Origin: an uncultured Chloroflexia bacterium
GTDB taxonomy: Bacteria > Chloroflexota > Limnocylindria > Limnocylindrales > CSP1-4
Length of the DNA stretch: 64,000 bases
Direction of reading: 5' to 3'
Assembly (NCBI GenBank): GCA_963718085.1
Contig: CAVQYA010000001.1
Span: 542,113 to 606,112 of the forward strand
Shown here: one piece after another, positions 1 to 9,483 of the stretch
How positions within the stretch are numbered: the stretch's first letter is position 1
How the letters are laid out: the number at the start of each line of letters is the position of its first letter
Position numbers and translations under genes: made by a program
Notes under the pieces: generated by a model
What the model was told of the DNA's origin: nothing
What the model saw: only the letters and a program-made list of their open reading frames with translations
Database searches by the model: none

Positions 1-1826
1 GGTGGAGGCGTCACCGGCGGAGCGGGCGACGGGCTCCGTGACGGCGCGGGCGTCGTCTCTGCCGGCGGAGCGGGCGACGGGCTCCGTGACGGCGCGGGCG
101 TCTGCTCCGCCGGCGGCACCCCCTCCACCGTGATCTCCAGCCTGGCGTCGATGGTCGTGATAGTCGAGGCCCAATCCGGCCAGACCGTGACGTCGGCGAT
201 GCCGTATTCCGCGAGCGCCAGGCGCGCTTCGAGCGGCGTCTTCCCCCGGACGAGGCCCCGAACCTCGGCGGCGCTGATGTCGCGAACGGCCTCCGCCCGC
301 GCCCGCACGGGGTACCGGATGGTCTCGCCCTCCACGACGCCGGACCCGACCTCGACCCCGACGGACCCCTCGCGGGCCTGCATGCCCGCCGGCACCGCCG
401 CGGCGACGCGCGCCGCCGCGATCGCCTCCAGGGGCGTCGGATCTGCCGCGACCACCGACCCCCGGGCCGTGATCGTGAGGTCGAACGTCGCCACCTCTCG
501 ACCGACGATCTCGGCCGGCGTCTCCGTCGGCACCGGCTCGCCGCGGCGCGCCGTCTCCGGGTACGCCGTGGCCCCTGCGGCCATGCCCGGGGGCGACGCG
601 GCGCCGGCGACGAGCTGCTCGTCGAGCTTCGCGGTCAGGGCCTTCACGGCCGCCGCAACATCCTTCTCGACGACCCTGGGGAACTCCTCGCGGATGCCGC
701 CGCTGGTCGCCGCCAGGTTCGTGACCAGGACCAGCCCGGGATCGTACCCGCCCGGCACCACGTGGATGGCGCCGGCCGCGACGTTCCCGCCGGGACCCTT
801 GCGGGCGGCGACGACGTCCACGCTCCGTGCCTGGCACTTGACACGCAGGTTGGGAGGCGTCCCGGACAGGATCGCAACCGGAACCAGGATCGTATCGCTC
901 GTCGCGAACTGGACCCCGCTCCCGGTGCGCGCGACCGTGCCGGCTGGGATCGTGTACGACCGGCTCGGATCGCAGTTCTGCCACTGGACGGAGCCCGTCG
1001 CCGCTGCCTCCTCGACCCGCTTGCCCGTGGCCTTGAACGTGCCCGTCGCCGAGAGCGGGAGCGTGATGCGGGCGGCGGGAATCGTCGCCGTCCCGGCGTC
1101 GGCCGCGATGGCGTCGGGATCGGCCGTCCCCGTGAAGACGATCGGGCCCACGGGCTCGGCCGCGAGCCGCAGGGAGACGGCCGCCGTCGGCAGGAGGACG
1201 TAGCCGACGGCCGCGCCCGTGCCCGCCACGAGGGCGACCACCAGGAGAAGCGCGACGAGAAGGGGCCACCGCCGCCGCCTTGGTGGCGCGACCGCCCGCC
1301 CCCCCGCCAGGCCGGTCGATGCGCCGACGGCCGCCCGCGGACGCGCCCCATCGCGCGGCGAGGACGGGTCGGCGTCACGACGCACCGCGACCGGCGGCGG
1401 CTCGTCGACGGGCCGCGACGCGGCGCCCGACGCGCGGGCGGCGGCAGCGGCGGCCGCGACGCCAGCGGCGCCAGCGGCGCCGGCAGCGGCGGCCGCGACC
1501 GCCGGAGGCAACCCAGCGGTCGGCGAGGAAGCGACCACCGGCGCTCCGTCCGACCGGCCCCGCGCCTCGCCGTACTCCATCACCGAGGCGAATGCCGGGA
1601 GCCCCGCGGACGCGGCAAGGGCGCGAGTGGACGCCTCCGGGGCCACGATCGCAAGACGGCGGCTCCGCGAGGACGCCTCGCGGGCGAGAAGGCGGAAGTT
1701 GATGCGGCTCGTGGCGATCCGCGAACCGGCGGGCAGCACGAGGGCGACCTCGACCTCCTTCGCCGTCCGGATCCGCGCGGCAGCGGAGGTGATCTCGTCG
1801 TCGACGTCCAGGTAGAAGACCGCCAT
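1..1826 (-). CDS. Large single-pass membrane protein of unknown function (C-terminal end runs off the window)
   Basis: This ORF is absent from the supplied track because it has no in-window stop. Manual reverse translation from ATG 1826-1824 gives an apparently uninterrupted frame down to position 3 (spot-checked, not every codon verified): MAVFYLDVDDEITSAAARIRTAKEVEVALVLPAGSRIATSRINF... It continues with an Ala/Pro-rich linker, one hydrophobic span (WPLLVALLLVVALVAGTGAAVGYVLL), and then about 380 aa of ectodomain. Third codon positions are almost all G/C. The start lies 9 nt after the stop of the upstream gene. Confidence 0.6.
   Translation of the reverse strand, partial: MAVFYLDVDDEITSAAARIRTAKEVEVALVLPAGSRIATSRINFRLLAREASSRSRRLAIVAPEASTRALAASAGLPAFASVMEYGEARGRSDGAPVVASSPTAGLPPAVAAAAAGAAGAAGVAAAAAAARASGAASRPVDEPPPVAVRRDADPSSPRDGARPRAAVGASTGLAGGRAVAPPRRRRWPLLVALLLVVALVAGTGAAVGYVLLPTAAVSLRLAAEPVGPIVFTGTADPDAIAADAGTATIPAARITLPLSATGTFKATGKRVEEAAATGSVQWQNCDPSRSYTIPAGTVARTGSGVQFATSDTILVPVAILSGTPPNLRVKCQARSVDVVAARKGPGGNVAAGAIHVVPGGYDPGLVLVTNLAATSGGIREEFPRVVEKDVAAAVKALTAKLDEQLVAGAASPPGMAAGATAYPETARRGEPVPTETPAEIVGREVATFDLTITARGSVVAADPTPLEAIAAARVAAAVPAGMQAREGSVGVEVGSGVVEGETIRYPVRARAEAVRDISAAEVRGLVRGKTPLEARLALAEYGIADVTVWPDWASTITTIDARLEITVEGVPPAEQTPAPSRSPSPAPPAETTPAPSRSPSPAPPVTPP
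14..102. repeat. 48-bp tandem repeat (two copies in window) inside the CDS above, encoding Pro/Ser-rich TPAPSRSPSPAPP units
   Basis: Identical 41-nt cores lie at 14-54 and 62-102, with a period of 48 nt (16 codons). The array may continue past the window edge. Confidence 0.85.
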
Positions 1827-1834
1827 GCCCGCGC

Positions 1835-3097
1835 CTACAGCTTCATCGAGCGCAGGACGCGTCTCAGCGCGGCGTCCAGCGGGTCGTGGTCGGCCTGGAG
1901 CGCGATCGCCTGGTTGGCCAGCCCCAGGGGCGTCACGTCCTGCTGGTCGACGAGGAGCTGCGTGGCGTCCTCCAGCGTCTCCACCATGTCGGGCGCCATG
2001 ACCGTAACCTCGGGCGGCCGGCTGAACGGGAGCTGCTTCCAGAATGACTCGGCGCGCAGGGCGGCCGCGGTCTCCGGGAGCCGCGACCCGCCCCCGCACA
2101 GGTAGATGCGCGAGGGCAGCATGTCGCCGCCGCCCAGCTCGTCGAGGACGAGCTCCATGCCGGCGGCCCAGACCGCCACGTCGTCCGCCACGATCGCGGC
2201 GATCTGCTTCCGCTCCGCGAGCGGCAGGCCCCGGGCGTAGTCCACCTTGAGGGCCTCGGCGCGCGGGAAGGGCAGGTCGAGGCGGTCGGCGAGAGACTTC
2301 GTGAAGGCGCGCCCGGCGAGGGCGAACATCCGCGTCCCCTCGATCCCGCCGGCACGAACCAGGGCGACGTCGGTTGTGCCACCCCCGATGTCGACGAACA
2401 GCGCGCCGGCCTGGCGGACCTGCTCCGAGCCGATCACGCGGGCCACCGCGTAGGGCTCGGCCACGATCTCCAGCAGCTCCAGGTCCAGCTCCGACGCCAC
2501 GCTCTCGAGGGCGCCGAGGTGGACGAGCGGGGCGAAGGCGTTGAAGATCCCGATCCTCACGTGGCGGCCCTGGAAGCCGACCGGATTCGTCACCGCGTAG
2601 CCGTCGATGCTGGCCGAGGTGACGGCGGCATGGACGAGGCGAACGTCCACGTTCGGGAGGCCCGTCTCCCACGTGATCGCCCGCTCCGCCGCCTCGAGCG
2701 CCTCGCGCTGCACGCCGTCGATCAGCTTCTGGAGCTCGGCTTCCGTGATCGGGGCGTCGGGCTTCTTCCGCTCCTGCGCGTGGGTCGTCGTGAAGCCTTT
2801 GACGAGTTCGCCGGCGATCCCGATGACGACCTGGGTCGGGCGGAAGCCGGCCATCTCCTCGGCCTCCTGCAGGGCCACCCCGCAGTTGTCCACGACGGCG
2901 CCGATGTCGGCGACGGTGCCGGACTGCATGTGGGCAAGGCCCTGCCGCTTCCTTCCGACGCCCCTCACGGTTCCGTGGCTGCGCTCGTCGATCTCGAAGA
3001 CGAGCGCCTTCGCGAACTCCGTCCCGATGTCGAGCGCCGTGCACGCCGCGAGCTGGTCGCCGCCGTCGCGCTGCCAGAAGCGCCGCAGGAAGGCCAT
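1835..3097 (-). CDS. Actin-like ATPase of the FtsA/PilM type
   Basis: 420-aa ORF with actin-fold phosphate/adenosine motifs (ALDIGTEF, FVDIGGGTTDVAL, YLCGGGSRLP) and an FtsA-like length. It starts 15 nt after the alaS stop. Confidence 0.75.
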   Translation of the reverse strand: MAFLRRFWQRDGGDQLAACTALDIGTEFAKALVFEIDERSHGTVRGVGRKRQGLAHMQSGTVADIGAVVDNCGVALQEAEEMAGFRPTQVVIGIAGELVKGFTTTHAQERKKPDAPITEAELQKLIDGVQREALEAAERAITWETGLPNVDVRLVHAAVTSASIDGYAVTNPVGFQGRHVRIGIFNAFAPLVHLGALESVASELDLELLEIVAEPYAVARVIGSEQVRQAGALFVDIGGGTTDVALVRAGGIEGTRMFALAGRAFTKSLADRLDLPFPRAEALKVDYARGLPLAERKQIAAIVADDVAVWAAGMELVLDELGGGDMLPSRIYLCGGGSRLPETAAALRAESFWKQLPFSRPPEVTVMAPDMVETLEDATQLLVDQQDVTPLGLANQAIALQADHDPLDAALRRVLRSMKL

Positions 3098-3112
3098 GCC
3101 GGCTCCCCTGCC

Positions 3113-5860
3113 CTACCCGGCCCCGGCAGCGTCGGCGACCGCAGTCCGGATCGCCGCGAGCGCGTCCGCGAGCCCCTCGCGCCTGGTCCCCTTCCCCTGT
3201 GCCATCTCGGGACGCCCGCCACCTCTTCCTTCCAGGGCGGGCATCGCGGCTCGCACGAGATCGCCGGCGGAGAGACCGCGGGCCGCGAGGTCGTCCGAGA
3301 CCGTCACGAAGACCTGGGGATCGTCGGCGTCGAGGGCGAGGGCGACGATGCCCGGGCCCAGGAGGGCGCGGACCTCCTTGGCGGCCGCCTTCAGGGTGTC
3401 GATCGACTCCCAGGGACCCGCGACCGCGACGAGGCGAACGCCCGGCGCGACCTCCTCGGCGAGGCTCAGGAGAGCGGCCGGCCCGGGCGCCCCGCCCCCG
3501 CCCTCGCGCAGCCTCCGCCTGGCCGCGCGAAGCTCCGTCTCGAGCGCCGTGATCCGGTCCAGGATCGCGTCTGTCGCCTGGGCGCCGAGCCGATCTGCGA
3601 CCGAGTCCAGGAGGCGACCCCGCTCGCGCAGGTGGGCGTCGGCACCGTCGCCGGTCAGCGCCTCGATCCGGCGCATCCCGGAGCCGATGCTCCGCTCGCC
3701 CGTGATGACGAAGCTGCCGATCTGCCCGGAGGCATGGCAGTGGGTGCCGCCGCACAGCTCGAGGCTGTAGTCCCGGACCCGGACCGTGCGGACGGTCTCG
3801 CCGTACTTCTCGTCGAAGAAGGCGTCGGCACCCGCCTCGATCGCCTCCGCCATCGACAGGTGGGCGATGGTCACCGGGCGGTCCTCGCGGACCACGCGGC
3901 GGACCTCGTCCTCGATGCGCAGCTTCTCGTCGTCGGTGAGGGAGCGGTCGAACGGGTAGTCGAAGCGCAGGTAGTCGGGCGCCACGAGCGACCCGGCCTG
4001 CCGCGCCGCCGGGCCGGCAACGTTGCGCAGCGCCCGGTGGAGGAGGTGCGTGGCCGTGTGGTTGCGCATCGTGCGGGCGCGCCGCTCGGGGTCCACGACG
4101 GTGGCCACGATCTCGCCGACGCGGAGCCGGCCGTGGAGCATGCCGCGGTGGACGACGAGGCCGCCCGACGGCCGCTGGGTGTCGGTCACCGTGAAGAGCG
4201 CCGATCCGCCGCCGGCCTCCGTCAGCTCCCCGCGGTCGCCGACCTGCCCGCCGCTCTCGGCGTAGAAGGGCGTCCGGTCCAGGACGACCTCCGCCTCGCC
4301 GTGGCCGGTCAGCTCGTCGTAGGAAACCCCGTCGCGGAGGATCGCGACGACGGTCCCCTCCGCGGCGGTCGTCTCGTAGCCGAGGAAGGCCGTGTCGCCG
4401 GCACGGCGGCCGATCGACTCGTAGAGCGCGACGAGCTCCGCGTGGCGGGCCAGCTCGGCCTTGCGACCGCCCCGGCTCCGCTCGCGCTGCTCGGCGAGGG
4501 CAGCCTCGAAGCCGGCCCGGTCGACCCGCACGCCGTACTCGGCCGCGAGCTCGATCGTCAGGTCGATCGGGAAGCCGTAGGTGTCGTGGAGCTTGAAGGC
4601 AAAGGCGCCGTCGACCGTGGGCGCATTCGCCGGGACGTCGTCCGGTCGCCGCCCCACGACGCGCTCCGCGCCGGTCAGCGGGATCAGCGCCTCTTCGAGC
4701 TGCACAGTGCCCGCGTCCAGGGTCCGCGCGAACTGTGCCTCCTCGCGCGCGACCGTGGCGAGGATGCGTTCCCGCTCGTCGCGAATGATCGGGTAGGCGT
4801 CGCCCATCACGTCGACGACCGTGCCGACGGTCTCGGCCAGGAACGGCTCGCGACGTCCCAGGAGGCGCCCGTGGCGCACGGCCCGGCGCACGATCCGGCG
4901 CAGGACGTACCCCCGTCCCTCGTTCGACGGGAGCACCCCGTCGGCGATCAGGAAGGTCACCGCCCGGCTGTGATCGGCGATCACCTGGTAGCTGAACCGC
5001 TCGGCTTCGAAGGCCTCGGGGTCGTGGCCGAGGAGCCGCCGGAGCGTCTCGTGGATGGGGGTGAAGAGGTCGGTGTCGTAGTTGGAGAGGACACCCTGCA
5101 GCACGCTGGCGAGACGCTCCAGGCCCAGCCCCGTGTCGACGCTGGGGAACGGCAGCGGGACCCGCGGGCCGCTGGGGAGCTGGTTGAACTCCATGAAGAC
5201 GAGGTTCCAGATCTCGAGCCAGCGGGGGCACTGCTCGGAGTGGTCCGGCACGCAGTGCGGGCCCTCCGAGAGGTGCGCGCCCCGGTCGTAGTGGATCTCG
5301 CTGCACGGTCCGCAGGGGCCGGTGTCGGCCATCCGCCAGAAGTTCTTGTCGTCGCCAGCGTCGACGTCGCCCCAGCGCGCCATCCGCTCGGGCGGGAGGC
5401 CGATCTCGTCGCGCCAGATCGCCCAGGCCACCTCGTCGTCGGAGTAGGTGGTCGCCGCCAGGCGCTCGCCGGGGATCCCCAGCTCCCCGGTGAGGAACTC
5501 CCAGGCCCAGTGGATCGCTTCGCGCTTGAAGTAGTCCCCGAAGCTCCAGTTCCCCATCATCTCGAAGAGGGTGTGGTGGCGCGGCGTGCGCCCGACCTCC
5601 TCGAAGTCGTTGTGCTTGCCGGCCACTCGCAGGCAGCGCTGCACGTCCACCGCCCGCGTGTAGCTGCGGGTCTCGGCGCCCGTGAAGACCTCCTTGAACT
5701 GGACCATCCCCGAGTTCGTGAAGAGGAGGGTCTGGTCGCCGGCCGGGATCAGGCTGGCGCTCGGCACCACGGTGTGGCCGCGCGCGGCGAAGAAGTCGAG
5801 GAAGCGCCTCCGGACCTCGGCGGCGGGCAGCTGCGTCGAACGGCTTTCCTGCGTGGACAT
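3113..5860 (-). CDS. alaS: Alanine--tRNA ligase
   Basis: Read from MSTQESRS (ATG 5860; alternative starts at 5890/5893). It has an AlaRS N-terminus (RRRFLDFFAARGHTVVPSASLIP), FEMMGNWSFGDYFK, the editing-domain motifs HTATHLLH and CGGTHC, and a DHHA1-like C-terminus. Confidence 0.95.
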   Translation of the reverse strand: MSTQESRSTQLPAAEVRRRFLDFFAARGHTVVPSASLIPAGDQTLLFTNSGMVQFKEVFTGAETRSYTRAVDVQRCLRVAGKHNDFEEVGRTPRHHTLFEMMGNWSFGDYFKREAIHWAWEFLTGELGIPGERLAATTYSDDEVAWAIWRDEIGLPPERMARWGDVDAGDDKNFWRMADTGPCGPCSEIHYDRGAHLSEGPHCVPDHSEQCPRWLEIWNLVFMEFNQLPSGPRVPLPFPSVDTGLGLERLASVLQGVLSNYDTDLFTPIHETLRRLLGHDPEAFEAERFSYQVIADHSRAVTFLIADGVLPSNEGRGYVLRRIVRRAVRHGRLLGRREPFLAETVGTVVDVMGDAYPIIRDERERILATVAREEAQFARTLDAGTVQLEEALIPLTGAERVVGRRPDDVPANAPTVDGAFAFKLHDTYGFPIDLTIELAAEYGVRVDRAGFEAALAEQRERSRGGRKAELARHAELVALYESIGRRAGDTAFLGYETTAAEGTVVAILRDGVSYDELTGHGEAEVVLDRTPFYAESGGQVGDRGELTEAGGGSALFTVTDTQRPSGGLVVHRGMLHGRLRVGEIVATVVDPERRARTMRNHTATHLLHRALRNVAGPAARQAGSLVAPDYLRFDYPFDRSLTDDEKLRIEDEVRRVVREDRPVTIAHLSMAEAIEAGADAFFDEKYGETVRTVRVRDYSLELCGGTHCHASGQIGSFVITGERSIGSGMRRIEALTGDGADAHLRERGRLLDSVADRLGAQATDAILDRITALETELRAARRRLREGGGGAPGPAALLSLAEEVAPGVRLVAVAGPWESIDTLKAAAKEVRALLGPGIVALALDADDPQVFVTVSDDLAARGLSAGDLVRAAMPALEGRGGGRPEMAQGKGTRREGLADALAAIRTAVADAAGAG

Positions 5861-5996
5861 CCGGGTAATGGTAGCGAACGGACGGCGCATCACAGCGGGT
5901 GCTCCGGGCCGGCCGTCCGATCCGGCGCCTGCCGCCCTACGCGAGGCCTGCGGCCGCCCCTCGCGAGGTCGCCTTCCGCCCGCCTCCTCGCGGGAC

Positions 5997-6322
5997 CGCC
6001 GCCCGCGCGACTCATGTTCACCCGCGGACAGGAGAAGCCGCCGCCGAGCGCGAAATGGGCCTCGAACTGCCCGTCGACGGCCAGATGTCGATGCATTTCG
6101 TGCTCGAAGACCACGCCCGGTGCCCGGATGCGGGCGCGGGCGGGAGTGGCTCCAGAGGGACGCCGCCCGCGCGACTCATGTTCACCCGCGGACAGGAGAA
6201 GCCGCCGCCGAGCGCGAAATGGGCCTCGAACTGCCCGTCGACGGCCAGATGTCGAGCATTTCGTGCTCGAAGACCACGCCCGGTGCCCGGATGCGGGCAC
6301 GGGCGGGAGTGGTCCAGGGGGC
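5997..6322. repeat. 164-bp tandem duplication (2 copies) with nested inverted repeats, in the region upstream of alaS
   Basis: Copy 1 (5997-6160) and copy 2 (6161 to about 6322) are near identical, differing by a 1-nt deletion and a few changes near the 3-prime end. Each copy has 12-nt inverted arms (6046-6057/6094-6105 and 6210-6221/6257-6268) around an 18-nt near-palindrome centred on GTCGAC (6067-6084). Confidence 0.9.
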
Positions 6323-6447
6323 CGCCGTCTCGCCTCCGTGAGGCCGCGGTCGGGCGTGGCTCCCGGGGGGCACGGTCGGGCGCCGCTCCAAGCGGGACAA
6401 CGGTGCCTCGGCCCTCCGCCCGCGCCATCAACTGGCCCGCCACGGGA

Positions 6448-6594
6448 TCAGCGCCGGGCCAGCCTCCGGAGGACGGCAGAACCGGCGAGGATCGCCCCGA
6501 CGAAGGCACCGACGACGAGGCCCCGCAGGAAGATGGCGAGGCCGTCCTCGCGGGCGGGGAGGTGCGGCGCACGCGGTCTCGGTCCGCCGCTCAT
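6448..6594 (-). CDS. Possible small membrane protein (YtxH-like hydrophobic helix)
   Basis: 48 codons (MSGGPRPRAPHLPAREDGLAIFLRGLVVGAFVGAILAGSAVLRRLARR), forming the tail of track ORF 6448..6966. It has a single hydrophobic helix. Support is weak. Confidence 0.3.
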   Translation of the reverse strand: MSGGPRPRAPHLPAREDGLAIFLRGLVVGAFVGAILAGSAVLRRLARR

Positions 6595-6685
6595 GGTCCG
6601 CTCCCAGAGGAGTGATCGCGAGGTGAGCGCCCGCCGCGGCCGTCGCTCACCGGCCGCCCGGCACCGGCCTCTCCCGAGGAGTCGC

Positions 6686-6994
6686 TCACCGGCCTCTCCC
6701 CGCCGGGCCGCCGGGTCCCGCCGTCCGCGATGGACCCAGGACCGAGAAGAGCACGACGAGGCCGATGCCGGCCCACGCCCCGAGCGAGGCGGCCACGAGC
6801 CGGAAGTCGCCGATCCGCAGCAGGTCGACGCCGAGCCGGGCGCCGAGCGCATCGCCCGCCCAGGCACCCAGGGACGCGAGGACGATGACGAAGGGCAGGC
6901 GGGCTCCCGCGACACCGGTGACGAGCACCGCGAACGCGGTCCAGAAGACGCCGAGGAGGGCGGCAAGCACGAGCGACGGGCCGATGAGCGGCAT
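6686..6994 (-). CDS. Small integral membrane protein (about 3 TM segments), unknown function
   Basis: Read from MPLIGPSLVLAALLGVFWTAFAVLVTGVAG..., with its ATG 2 nt after the mnmA stop, which suggests translational coupling. The hydrophobic pattern is consistent with TM helices. Confidence 0.45.
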   Translation of the reverse strand: MPLIGPSLVLAALLGVFWTAFAVLVTGVAGARLPFVIVLASLGAWAGDALGARLGVDLLRIGDFRLVAASLGAWAGIGLVVLFSVLGPSRTAGPGGPAGRGR

Positions 6995-6996
6995 GC

Positions 6997-8106
6997 TCAG
7001 GGCTCCGGGCGGGCGATGCTGCCGCCACCGAGGACCACGTCCGGCGCGTCGGGGTCGAACAGCACGCACGCTTGCCCGGGAGCGGCGGCCCAGACGGAGG
7101 CGTCGGTTTCGACGGCCCAGGCGTCGTTGCCGCCGGGCGCCCGGCGCACGGTCGCCGCCACCGTGGCCGCCCGGTGACGCACCTGCGCCAGGGCCCTGAA
7201 CGAAGTCACGCCCGGCGGCGCGCCCCCGACGAAGCTCGTCGCGTGGATCACGAAGGCGCGCGTTTCCAGGTCGGAGCGGCGGGCGAGCACGATGGTGTTC
7301 GAGATCGGGTCCACCCGGCTCACGTACCGCGGTTCCCCGACGGCCGCCCCCACTCCGCGCCTTTGGCCGACGGTGAACGACGCAGCCCCGCCGTGCTCGC
7401 CGACGACCCGGCCGTCGGCAGCGTCCACCGCGGGCCCCGCCGCCGGCCGCCAGCCCGCCCGCGCCTTGAGCGCCGCCCGGATGTCACCCTCGGGCACGAA
7501 GCAGATCTCCATGCTCTCCGGCTTGTCGGCCGTGACCAGGCCCTTCGCCCTGGCGATCGTCCTGACCTCGTCCTTCACGAGCTCGCCGAGCGGGAAGAGC
7601 GCCCGCGCGACCTGGTCCTGGCGGAGGCCGTAGAGGAAGTACGCCTGGTCCTTCGCCCGGTCGACGCCGCGAAGGAGCCTGTGCGCCGGCCCGGCCTGAG
7701 TCTCCACGACGTCCGTGCGCGCGTAGTGGCCGGTCGCCACCGCGTCGCAGTCGTAGAGGTGGCGCGCGCGACCAAGGAGGGCGCCGAACTTCACGTAGCT
7801 GTTGCAGTCCACGCACGGGCTCGGCGTCTCTCCGGCAAGGTAGGCCGCGAGGAAGGGGCGGATCACGCCGGCGTCGAACTCACGCTCCAGGTTGAGGACG
7901 TAGAACGGGATCCCCAGCTGCGCGGCCACGCGGCGGGCGTCCTCGGCGGCGTCGGCGCTGCAGCAGCTCTTCCTGACCTCGGAGTACGCGTCGGCACCGT
8001 CGTGGACGCGCATCCAGACCCCGACGACGTCGTGGCCCGCGTCGGCGAGGAGGGCCGCGGCGACCGACGAATCGACGCCGCCTGACATCGCGACGAGCAC
8101 GCGCAT
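6997..8106 (-). CDS. mnmA: tRNA-specific 2-thiouridylase
   Basis: Read from [20 protein letters not shown] (PP-loop SGGVDSS), 369 aa, with a typical MnmA length and layout. The ATG at 8106 was verified in sequence. Confidence 0.93.
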   Translation of the reverse strand: MRVLVAMSGGVDSSVAAALLADAGHDVVGVWMRVHDGADAYSEVRKSCCSADAAEDARRVAAQLGIPFYVLNLEREFDAGVIRPFLAAYLAGETPSPCVDCNSYVKFGALLGRARHLYDCDAVATGHYARTDVVETQAGPAHRLLRGVDRAKDQAYFLYGLRQDQVARALFPLGELVKDEVRTIARAKGLVTADKPESMEICFVPEGDIRAALKARAGWRPAAGPAVDAADGRVVGEHGGAASFTVGQRRGVGAAVGEPRYVSRVDPISNTIVLARRSDLETRAFVIHATSFVGGAPPGVTSFRALAQVRHRAATVAATVRRAPGGNDAWAVETDASVWAAAPGQACVLFDPDAPDVVLGGGSIARPEP

Positions 8107-8116
8107 GCCGGGTACC

Positions 8117-9298
8117 TCAGGCGAACCGGCCGCCGAGGAGGTCGGCGGCGAGGAGGGCCGACCCGTCGCGGATGCCGGCGAGTACCTGGGGCACGGCGGC
8201 GACGGCACCGTCGATGTCGGCCTCCGTCGTCCCCCGTCCCAGCGACAGCCTGAGCGCCCCCGTGGCGTCGGCATCGGAGACGCCCATGGCGGTGAGGACG
8301 TGCGACGGGTCCGGCGAGCCGCTGGCGCAGGCCGAGCCGGTCGAGCAGGCGATCCCCTCGAGGTCGAGGGCGACCGTGGCGGCGAACCCGTCGGCACGCC
8401 GGACCAGGAGGGAGAGGAGGCCCGGCAGGCGCTCGGTCGGGTGACCCGTCAGCTCGACGCCTTCGACCGCGAGGCAGGCTGCCTGGAGCCGCACCCGCAG
8501 GTCCAGCAGGCGCGCCCGCGTCTCGGGCCTGGCCCGGCAGGCCAGCGCGTAGGCGGCTGCCATCCCCACGGCGCCGGCCACGTTCTCCGTGCCCGCCCGG
8601 CGATGACGTTCCTGGCTGCCACCGTGGATCTGGGCGAGGAGCGGCGTCCCCCGCCGGACCCAGAGCGCCCCGATCCCCTTCGGGCCCTCGAACTTGTGGG
8701 CCGAGATCGCCACCGTGTCGGCACCCAGGGAGGAAACGTCGAGATCGAGGTAGGGGGCGGCCTGGACCGCGTCGACGTGGAGGTGGATCCCTCGCCGCGC
8801 CCGGGCCCGGTCGGCAATCTCGCGGATCGGCTGGATCGTGCCGACCTCGTTGTTGGCCAGCATCACGGCGACCAGGACGGTCCGCTCGTCGAGCAGCGCC
8901 TCGAGGGCCTCTGGGTCCACCCGTCCGGCGGCATCCACCGGCGCCGCGGCCACCTCGAAGCCCCAGCTCGCGAGGTGCTCCGCGGCGTGCCCCACGGCGT
9001 GGTGCTCCACGGCGCTTACGACGATCCGGTTTCCGCGCGCCTTGCCGGCCCAGGCCGCGCCCTTGACGGCCAGGTTGTTGGCCTCGGTGCCTCCCGACGT
9101 GAGGACGACCTCGCGTGCGCTCCCGCCGAGGTCGGCGGCCAGCTGCTCGCGCGACTCGTCGAGGGCGTTGCGGGCGGCGCGGCCGAGGGCATGCGCCGAC
9201 GACGGGTTCCCGAAGGCGCCGCCGAGATGCGGCAGCATGGCCTCGAGAGCCTCGGGACGCAGGGGCGTCGTGGCCGCGTGGTCGAGGTAGATCGGCAT
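8117..9298 (-). CDS. iscS: Cysteine desulfurase (IscS/NifS class), partner of MnmA
   Basis: Read from [12 protein letters not shown], 393 aa. It has the PLP-lysine context [14 protein letters not shown] and the active-site cysteine loop [10 protein letters not shown]. It lies immediately upstream of mnmA, as in the YrvO-MnmA pair. Confidence 0.9.
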   Translation of the reverse strand: MPIYLDHAATTPLRPEALEAMLPHLGGAFGNPSSAHALGRAARNALDESREQLAADLGGSAREVVLTSGGTEANNLAVKGAAWAGKARGNRIVVSAVEHHAVGHAAEHLASWGFEVAAAPVDAAGRVDPEALEALLDERTVLVAVMLANNEVGTIQPIREIADRARARRGIHLHVDAVQAAPYLDLDVSSLGADTVAISAHKFEGPKGIGALWVRRGTPLLAQIHGGSQERHRRAGTENVAGAVGMAAAYALACRARPETRARLLDLRVRLQAACLAVEGVELTGHPTERLPGLLSLLVRRADGFAATVALDLEGIACSTGSACASGSPDPSHVLTAMGVSDADATGALRLSLGRGTTEADIDGAVAAVPQVLAGIRDGSALLAADLLGGRFA

Positions 9299-9320
9299 CA
9301 GGCGGCGATTGTACGGCCGC

Positions 9321-9445
9321 CGACCCGGAGCGCCCGGCGCGGCCGGCGACCGGGAGCGCCCACGCCCCGGAGCGACGGTCGGGTCCGCGACCCGGAGCGC
9401 CCGGCGCGCCCGCCGGGCGCGTGGCCCGGAGCGCCCACGCCCCGG
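9321..9445. repeat. Imperfect 67-bp tandem duplication carrying four GGAGCGCCC motifs
   Basis: CGACCCGGAGCGCCCGGCGCG occurs at 9321 and 9388. GGAGCGCCC occurs at 9327, 9353, 9394 and 9428. The element is intergenic, between the iscS start and the transporter stop. Confidence 0.7.
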
Positions 9446-9483
9446 TGGGGACGACCTCCCGGCCCGGGGACTGCGCGGCCCGA

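Noticed and set aside
5861-6447. A T-box or other known riboswitch in the alaS leader.
   Set aside because: I could not find the conserved T-box sequence (GGGUGGNACCGCG-like) or a recognisable specifier/antiterminator arrangement by eye. The region is instead dominated by the 164-bp duplication. A covariance-model scan is still advisable.
2519-7177. Very long plus-strand ORFs, for example 2519..7177 (1552 aa), 21473..25618 (1381 aa), 8105..10306, 9115..11763, 41791..44121 and 45643..47751.
   Set aside because: They lie antisense to clearly recognisable minus-strand genes (alaS, relA/murE, iscS, the transporter, trpB2, M20). Their products are Arg/Gly/Pro/Asp-rich low-complexity strings with no motifs. 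This is typical shadow-ORF behaviour in very GC-rich DNA, where stop codons are rare.
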